From Macrostomum lignano (taxonomy: Eukaryota), in the NCBI GenBank assembly GCA_002269645.1, contig NIVC01000238.1, positions 1-64,000 on the forward strand: a stretch of 64,000 nt of DNA. The letters run 5' to 3'. Positions 57,201-64,000 of the stretch are shown one piece after another (the stretch's first letter is position 1; every line of letters starts with the position of its first letter). The notes beneath the pieces are model-generated. The model searched no databases. It worked only from the letters and a program-made list of their open reading frames with translations, and was not told the DNA's origin. The translations under genes were made by a program, and so were the position numbers.

Positions 57201-59159
57201 AACAGAAGGTCCAGAATTTTGAACGGATCAAGTTTTGAAGAGGAGTTGCAGACCACAGACTGTACTGAGGAGGCCAATTCGTTTCCCTAAAATGGACTGA
57301 TTTTACCAAAGGTGGAGGGATGTGGTATCCCCAGACTGACTGTTCATTTTCATTTATCTATGCTTGTATAGAGCATTTTAAACCACTTTAAGGCTCACTT
57401 TCAGGGAGGTTATTGACATAGTTTATTTTGCGGGATTAATCGATCACTTTCCCGGACATATTGCAAGGATTGTTGTATGTATCTAAATAAAAGAGGGCTT
57501 GTCTCTTCTCTTCCTTCGTGACTCGAGAAATTTCTTAATAAAATTTTGTCTATGGTAAGAATGTGGGGGCTTCGCCCTCACACCCCCAGCAGGGGCTTCT
57601 CCCCCACACCCCCATTCCCAACTTCAACCATAGACATACAAGTATGGCTCCGGGATTTATCTGAATACATTCCGCAAAATAAAAGTAGTTTAGCTCGAGG
57701 AATTCAAGTAAAATACCGACCGAAAAACCCATAGAATATCTTATACTTGTTCTTTATAATACACGCGACCGCCAAGAGAAACTTCAGATTGCTTGGCCAC
57801 ACGAACACCACAGTACTGTACTTCACTTACTGCATTTATAGGGAAGCTATAATAAACGTGCATTTTCACTATAGGGTAAAATGACTCCTGATCGCGAGAC
57901 TTGCCATTGTATAAGCCATCCCTTCTTTATCCCACCAACCGCATCTTATTTTACCGAAAAACATGCATTGCAATTGCATAGCAATTAAGGAAATGGATTT
58001 GGCGCTATTTTTTGCTGGATTGATCGCAAGAAAACCAAGGCCATCTAGGGACGAGCTGCATACATTTATTTGCATGGCTTGCAGCAGAAACAAGCCATTT
58101 CTACAATTATGCATACAAGCTATATTTTCCGGAATAAAACAAAAGAAGCCCAGAGCGTTTGATTTTTTGCTCCAATCTTTTCACCTAATTTGAATTTCTC
58201 TCACCCGACATGCATAGCTTTTATTTTTAATCGTTAACGTTAAAATTATCATCCCAGAGGCTCAGTTGTCATGGCGACGAAGCTGTGAAACAAAAATTCT
58301 GCTTCTCAAGACGCAGTCTATAGGGGGGTCTCCACACCCGCTGGCAACACGCGGCGCAAATATAGAATGTAGAAATATGAAAAATGTGCTTTCAATTTAT
58401 TTACCTACCTAATTTCTAGAAGAAGAAAAAGACAAGCTACAGAAAAGCGTATGCTATAATGTTTTTAAGATGCTAAGTTTAAAAAAAAGGATAACCTAAA
58501 TTGAAGCCTATAGAGTTAAAGATGCATCTAAGATCAGGTTGGGTAGAAAACATGCAAATCCTATATACTAAAAATGAGTTGTCTGTGGGTAGGTAGGTAG
58601 GTAGGTATGCGATAGATTTCAGAAAAAATGGCTCAACCGATTTTCTTCAAACTTGCACCATTCGATCAGAAATTTTCCTGGGACGGTACATGCATCTTGG
58701 CTAAGAAATTGCTCAATGATAAAGGGATTAAATATTCGAAAAACATGCTTTTTTGCAAAGGTCAAGCAGCTCTTTCGACCTAAAATTCATTGTAAGAATG
58801 CTAGAGAAATAAACTGACTGGCTGAATTCTGATTGTCATAAAGATTGCATCACAACAAGTTGAAAACAGTGCCGAAAAAATGCACACACGACTTGATTTA
58901 AATTGCGTAACCAATATTGCTAACTCAAATTGAGACTGATACTGGCTGACTGAGAAATTGATTATGTCATAACTTTTTACCCCAATTGACTTGCTGTAAG
59001 AATTGAATTATAAGGGCCACAATTCATGTTCTCCAATTGAAAAGAGATAGCCTATATACGAACAGACTGGACTGCCAACGTAGCGACCTGGGTTCGAATC
59101 TTAGTAGTGAAAAATAATTTTTTTATTAAAACACCTTGAAAACACGAAACTGCTAAACA

Positions 59160-62100
59160 TAAAAAATCACAATGTCAAACATAAAAGAGGCACCATGTCA
59201 AACATTACATGGGCACCATGTAAAACATATACGTGACTCTATGTCAAACATTAAAGAGCCACCATGTAAAACATAAAAGAGTCACCAATTCGAACATTAA
59301 AGAGCCACCACGTCGAACATTAAAGTGCCACCATGTCAAACGTAAAAGAGCCACCATTCCAAACATAAAAGAGCCACTATGTCGAACATTAAAGAGCCAC
59401 CATTTCGAACATAAAAGAGCCACCATTTCGAATATTAAAGAGCCACCATGAAGAAAATTAAAGAATCACCATATCGAACATAAAACAGCCACAATGTAGA
59501 ATATTAAAGAGCCACTATTTCGAACATTAAAGAGCCACTATGTCAAACATAAAAGAGCCACCATGTCGAACATTAAAGAGCCACCATATTTAGAATATTA
59601 AAGAGCCACCATATCAAACATTAAAGAGCCACTATGTCAAACGTAAAAGTGACTTTATGTCAAACATATCAGTGACTTTATGTCAAACATATCAGTGACT
59701 TTATGTCAAACATATAAGTGTTTTTATGTCAAACATTAAAGAACCACCATTTCGAACATTAAAGAGCCACCATTTCGAACATTAAAGAGCCACCATGTCA
59801 AACATAAATGAGCCACCATGTCAAACATAAAAGAGGCACCATGTTAACATAAAAGAGCCACCATGTCAAACATAAGAGAGCAACCATGTCAAGCATAAAA
59901 TCTACACAATTTCAAACGTAAAAGTATTGCCAGCCAATGCCAATTTTAAGTCATGCCAATTTTAAAGGAGCCACTATAAAGCTAAGGAAATTTTCGCACT
60001 AGCTACTTATTGTCCGGTGGATGCTTGCTATTTGGGGATACTTGCTATCTGGGGGGGGGGGGGGGTGCTTGCTATCTGGGGGATGCTTGCTATCTGGGAT
60101 GCTTGCTATCTGGGGGATGCTTGCTACCTGGTGTATGGTGGATGCTTGCTATCTGGGATGCTTGCTATCTGGGGGATGCTTGCTACCTGGTATCTGGGGA
60201 TGCTTGCTATCTGGGATGCTTGCTATCTGGGGGATGCTTGCTATCTAGGGGTGCTTGCTATCTGGGGGATGCTTGCTATCTGGGATGCTTGCTATCTGGG
60301 GGATGCTTGCTATCTGGGGGATGCTTGCTATCTGGGATGCTTGCTATCTGGAGGATGCTTGCTATCTGGGGGTGCTTGCTATCTGGGTGATGCTTGCTAT
60401 CTGGGGGATGCTTGCTATCTGGGGAATGCTTGCTATCTGGGGGATGCTTGCTATCTGGGGGATGCTTGCTATCTGGGGGGTACTTGCTATCTGGGGGATG
60501 CTTGTTATCTGGGGGATGCTTGCTATCTGGGGATGCTTGCTATCTGGGGGGTGCTTGTTATCTGGGGGATGCTTGCTATCTGGGGGGTGCTTGCTATCTG
60601 GGTGATGCTTGCTATCTGGGGGATGCTTTCTCTCTGGGTGATGCTTGCTGTCTTGGGATGATTTCTTTTTGCATTGCACTTCATTTGAGCAGTTTGTCGG
60701 TTTTCTTTGTGAAGGTTTTTTTGTATGTCGAATATTAAACAGCCACCATGTCAAACATAAAAGAGACACCATGACAAACATTAAAGAGCCACCACGTCAA
60801 ACATTAAAGAGCCACCACGTCAAACATTAAAGAGCCACCATGTCGAACATAAAAAGAGCCACTATGTCAAACAAACACGTGACTCCATCTCAAACATTAA
60901 AGAGCCACTATTTCAAACATAAAAGAGCTACCATGTCAGACATAAAAGAGCTACCATGTAAAATATACAAAAGCCTTCATGTCAAACATAAAACAGCCAC
61001 ATATACGTGACTTAATGTCAAACCTTAAGGAGCCACCATGTCGAACATTAAAGAGCCACCATGTCGAACATTAAAGAGCTACCATCTCAAACATAAAAGA
61101 GTCACCATGCCAAACATAAAAGAGCCACCATGTCAAACATAAAAGAGCCACCATTTTAAACATATACGTGACTCCATGTCAAACATTAAAGCGCCATCAT
61201 GTCAAACATATATGTGACTGCATGTCAAACATAGAAGAGCCACCATGTCAAACATAGAAGAGACACCATGTCAAACATAAAGAGCCACCATGTAAAATAT
61301 AAAAGAGCTACTATGTAAAATATAAAAGGGCCATCATGTCAAACATTTACGTGACTCAATGTCAAACATTAAAGAGCCACCATATCGAACATTAAAGAGC
61401 CACCATGTTAAACATAAAAGAGCCACCATGTCAAACATAGAAGAGACACCATGTCAAACATAGAAGAGACACCATGTCAAACATAAAGAGCCACCATGTA
61501 AAATATAAAAGAGCTACTATGTAAAATATAAAAGGGCCATCATGTCAAACATTTACGTGACTCAATGTCAAACATTAAAGAGCCACCATATCGAACATTA
61601 AAGAGCCACCATGTTAAACATAAAAGAGCCACCATGTCAAACATAGAAGAGACACCATGTCAAACATAGAAGAGACACCATGTCAAACATAAAGAGCCAC
61701 CATGTAAAATATAAAAGAGCTACTATGTAAAATATAAAAGGGCCATCATGTCAAACATTTACGTGACTCAATGTCAAACATTAAAGAGCCACCATATCGA
61801 ACATTAAAGAGCCACCATGTTAAACATAAAAGAGCCACCATGTCAAACATAGAAGAGACACCATGTCAAACATAGAAGAGACACCATGTCAAACATAAAG
61901 AGCCACCATGTAAAATATAAAAGAGCTACTATGTAAAATATAAAAGGGCCATCATGTCAAACATTTACGTGACTCAATGTCAAACATTAAAGAGCCACCA
62001 TATCGAACATTAAAGAGCCACCATGCCAAACATAAAAGAGCCACCATGTCAAACATATACGTGACTCCATGTCAAACATTAAAGCGCCATTATGTCAAAC

Positions 62101-62340
62101 ATATATGTGACTGCATGTCAAACATAAAAGAGCCACCATGTCAAACAACTAAGCTACCATGTCAAACAAAGAAGAGACACCATATCAAACATAGAAGAGC
62201 CACCATGTCAAACATAACAGAGACAACATTTCAAATGTAAAAGGGCCGCCATGGTAAACATAGAAGAGCCACTATGTCAACATTAAAGAGCCACCTTTTT
62301 AAACATAAAAGAGACACCGTTTCAAACATAAAAGAAGTGT
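59160..62340. repeat. ~22-23-bp A-rich satellite (AAAGAGCCACCATGTCAAACAT) in two blocks, 59160-59900 and 60740-62340
   Basis: Direct reading. Confidence 0.92.
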
Positions 62341-62750
62341 CATGCCAAACAAAATGGAGCCACTATAAATCTAAGGAAATATCTGCACTAGCTACTTTCT
62401 CTGGTGGATGCTTGCTATTTAAGGATGGATACTTGCTATCAAGGGGATGCTTGCTATTGGGAGATGCTTACTCTTGGGGGTGGAGGGTACTTGCTATCTA
62501 AGAGGGGGTTGCTAGATATCTATAAGGTCTCTTTGTATCCAGGTTAATGCTTGCTATCTGGGGTTGCTTGCGGTCTGGGGGATGCTTGCTATTTGGGGGG
62601 AGCTTGCTATCTGGGGGATGCTTGCTATCAGGGGTTGCTTGCAGTCTGGGGGATGCTTGCTATCTGGGGTTGCTTGCAGTCTGGGGGATGCTTGCTATTT
62701 GGGGATCGATGCTTGAATGCTGTCTGAGGATGCTTGCTGTCTTGGGATGT
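60020..62750. repeat. ~17-18-bp satellite (ATGCTTGCTATCTGGGGG) in two blocks, 60020-60660 and 62400-62750
   Basis: Direct reading. Confidence 0.92.
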
Positions 62751-62870
62751 TTTGTTTTTAGAGGGAATTTCTGTTGTTTTTTATGAAGGCTTTTTTTGCT
62801 GTCTATTTGTTATTTGTGAAGAACAAGGATTCTATCCAGATGTCCCCCATCGGGGGGCGAAGATTGCTAG

Positions 62871-64000
62871 TCCTATATACTAAAAATGGTCTGTCTGTGT
62901 CTATCTATCTATGTGATCGATTAGAGAAAAAATGGCTGGACCGATTTTGTTCGAACTTGCACTGTTCGATCAGAAATTTTCCCGTGACGGTACATGCATC
63001 GTGGCTAAGAAACTGCTCGATGCTAAAGGCATTAAATATTCGAAAAACATGCTTTTTTGCAAAGGTCAAGCAAACTTTTTGACTTGAAATGCATTGTAAG
63101 AATGCTAGAGAAAAAACTGACTGGTTGAATTCTGATTCTGAAATAGATTGCATCATAACTGAATTGTAACTCCGACTTGAATTGAAAATGCAGTGTGGAA
63201 GCGTAGCACCAGACTTGATTTAAATTGCGTAACCATATTGTTAACTGATACTGACTGACTGAGAAACTGATTATGTCATAACTGCTTCGTGTGATTTACT
63301 CTATGCTTGGATTTTAAAGTGTTGAATTATATAAGTGCAAAATTTGATGTTATCAAAACGATGAGAGCTAGCCTAGAGGTGAACAAACTGAACTGCTAAA
63401 TGCAGCGACGATGGTTCGAATTTTCATAGAGTATAATTTTTTTATTAAAGCTTTTCAACGTCAGGAAAACTAAAAGACTTTTTAAAAAGAAGCGTCATGT
63501 AAAAATCATAGAAGCGTCATTTACAAAATCATAGAAGCATCATTTTAAAAATCATAGAAGCGTCATGTAAACAATCATAGAAGCGTCATTTAAAAAATCA
63601 TAGAAGCGTCATTTAAAAAATCATAGAAGCGTCATGTAAACAATCATAGAAGCGTCATTTAAAAATCATAGAAGCGTCATGTAAAAATCATAGAAGCGTC
63701 ATGTAAAAATCATAGAAGCGTCATGAAAAAATCATAGAAGCGTCATGTAAAAAATCGTAGAAGCGTCATGTAAAAATCATAGAAGCGTCATTTAAAAAAT
63801 CATAGAAGCGTCATGTAAACAATCATAGAAGCGTCATGTAAAAAATCGTAGAAGCGTCATGTAAAAATCATAGAAGCGTCTTTTAAAAAATCATAGAAGC
63901 ATCATTTTAAAAATCATAGAAGCGTCATGTAAACAATCATAGAAGCGTCATTTAAAAAATCATAGAAGCGTCATTTAAAAAATCATAGAAGCGTCATGTA
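62871..64000 (+). mobile_element. Non-autonomous Helitron, unit 2 (5' part), fused head-to-tail to unit 1
   Basis: TCCTATATACTAAAAATG starts directly after CTAG; the first ~550 bp are homologous to 58559-59100. Confidence 0.75.
63485..64000. repeat. ~21-23-bp satellite (AAAATCATAGAAGCGTCATGT)
   Basis: Direct reading. Confidence 0.93.

Larger units (their letters stand above)
45702..57812 (+). mobile_element. Old Ty3/Gypsy LTR retrotransposon (outer), interrupted by nested insertions
   Basis: 5' LTR 45702-45880 (TGTGGTAT...CACCACA); PBS TGGTGGCAGCGGTGG, complementary to a tRNA-Leu-type 3' end; gag remnant (FELFMEVQGIADEKKQATLLHLAG); RT (FHQIELD, YKRLPMG, HIQDD); RNase H remnant ~52960-53100; integrase 56630-57200; PPT then 3' LTR 57321-57812; flanks ATACT / GTACT. 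Confidence 0.88.
58559..62870 (+). mobile_element. Non-autonomous Helitron, unit 1, filled with satellites
   Basis: 5' A|TCCTATATACTAAAAATG plus short microsatellite; 3' GC hairpin CCCCCATCGGGGG (62844-62856) followed by CTAG (62867-62870). Confidence 0.75.

Noticed and set aside
58265-58278. X-box-like GTTGTCATGGCGAC
   Set aside because: No associated gene is visible nearby; it sits between TE relics.
60010-60781. ORFs with GDACYL / MLAIWG repeats
   Set aside because: Translations of the 18-bp satellite.

Overview
Eukaryotic, repeat-rich animal DNA with GT-AG introns. The gene style and microsatellite load suggest a flatworm such as Macrostomum (inference only). Layout: (1) 1-17011 is a head-to-tail array of four mutually divergent minus-strand non-LTR retrotransposons (APE-RT, Jockey/I-like ORF1 with three CCHC knuckles). 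In all three copies that retain it, the N-terminal part of ORF1 carries an AlkB (ALKBH2/3-like) 2OG-Fe(II) dioxygenase domain with the catalytic motifs retained. Every intact junction falls on the same 17-bp sequence, and the two visible 3' ends share a double stem-loop. (2) 17-20 kb holds TE relics, including an inverted pair of hammerhead-ribozyme motifs typical of Penelope-like elements. (3) A PAN + F-type lectin gene, a decayed Crypton (tyrosine recombinase) element, and an orphan type-I membrane protein gene. (4) A 16-exon CFAP251/WDR66 gene (31752-44149, minus) with several introns filled by different tandem repeats. (5) A nested stack: an old Gypsy element containing a CACTA-like DUF4806 insert with a ~50x63-bp coding repeat, plus a younger Gypsy whose two LTRs are inverted rather than direct, with an intact 5-bp TSD. 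(6) Head-to-tail non-autonomous Helitrons filled with satellites. All calls were made by eye from the sequence and ORF track; no database searches were run.
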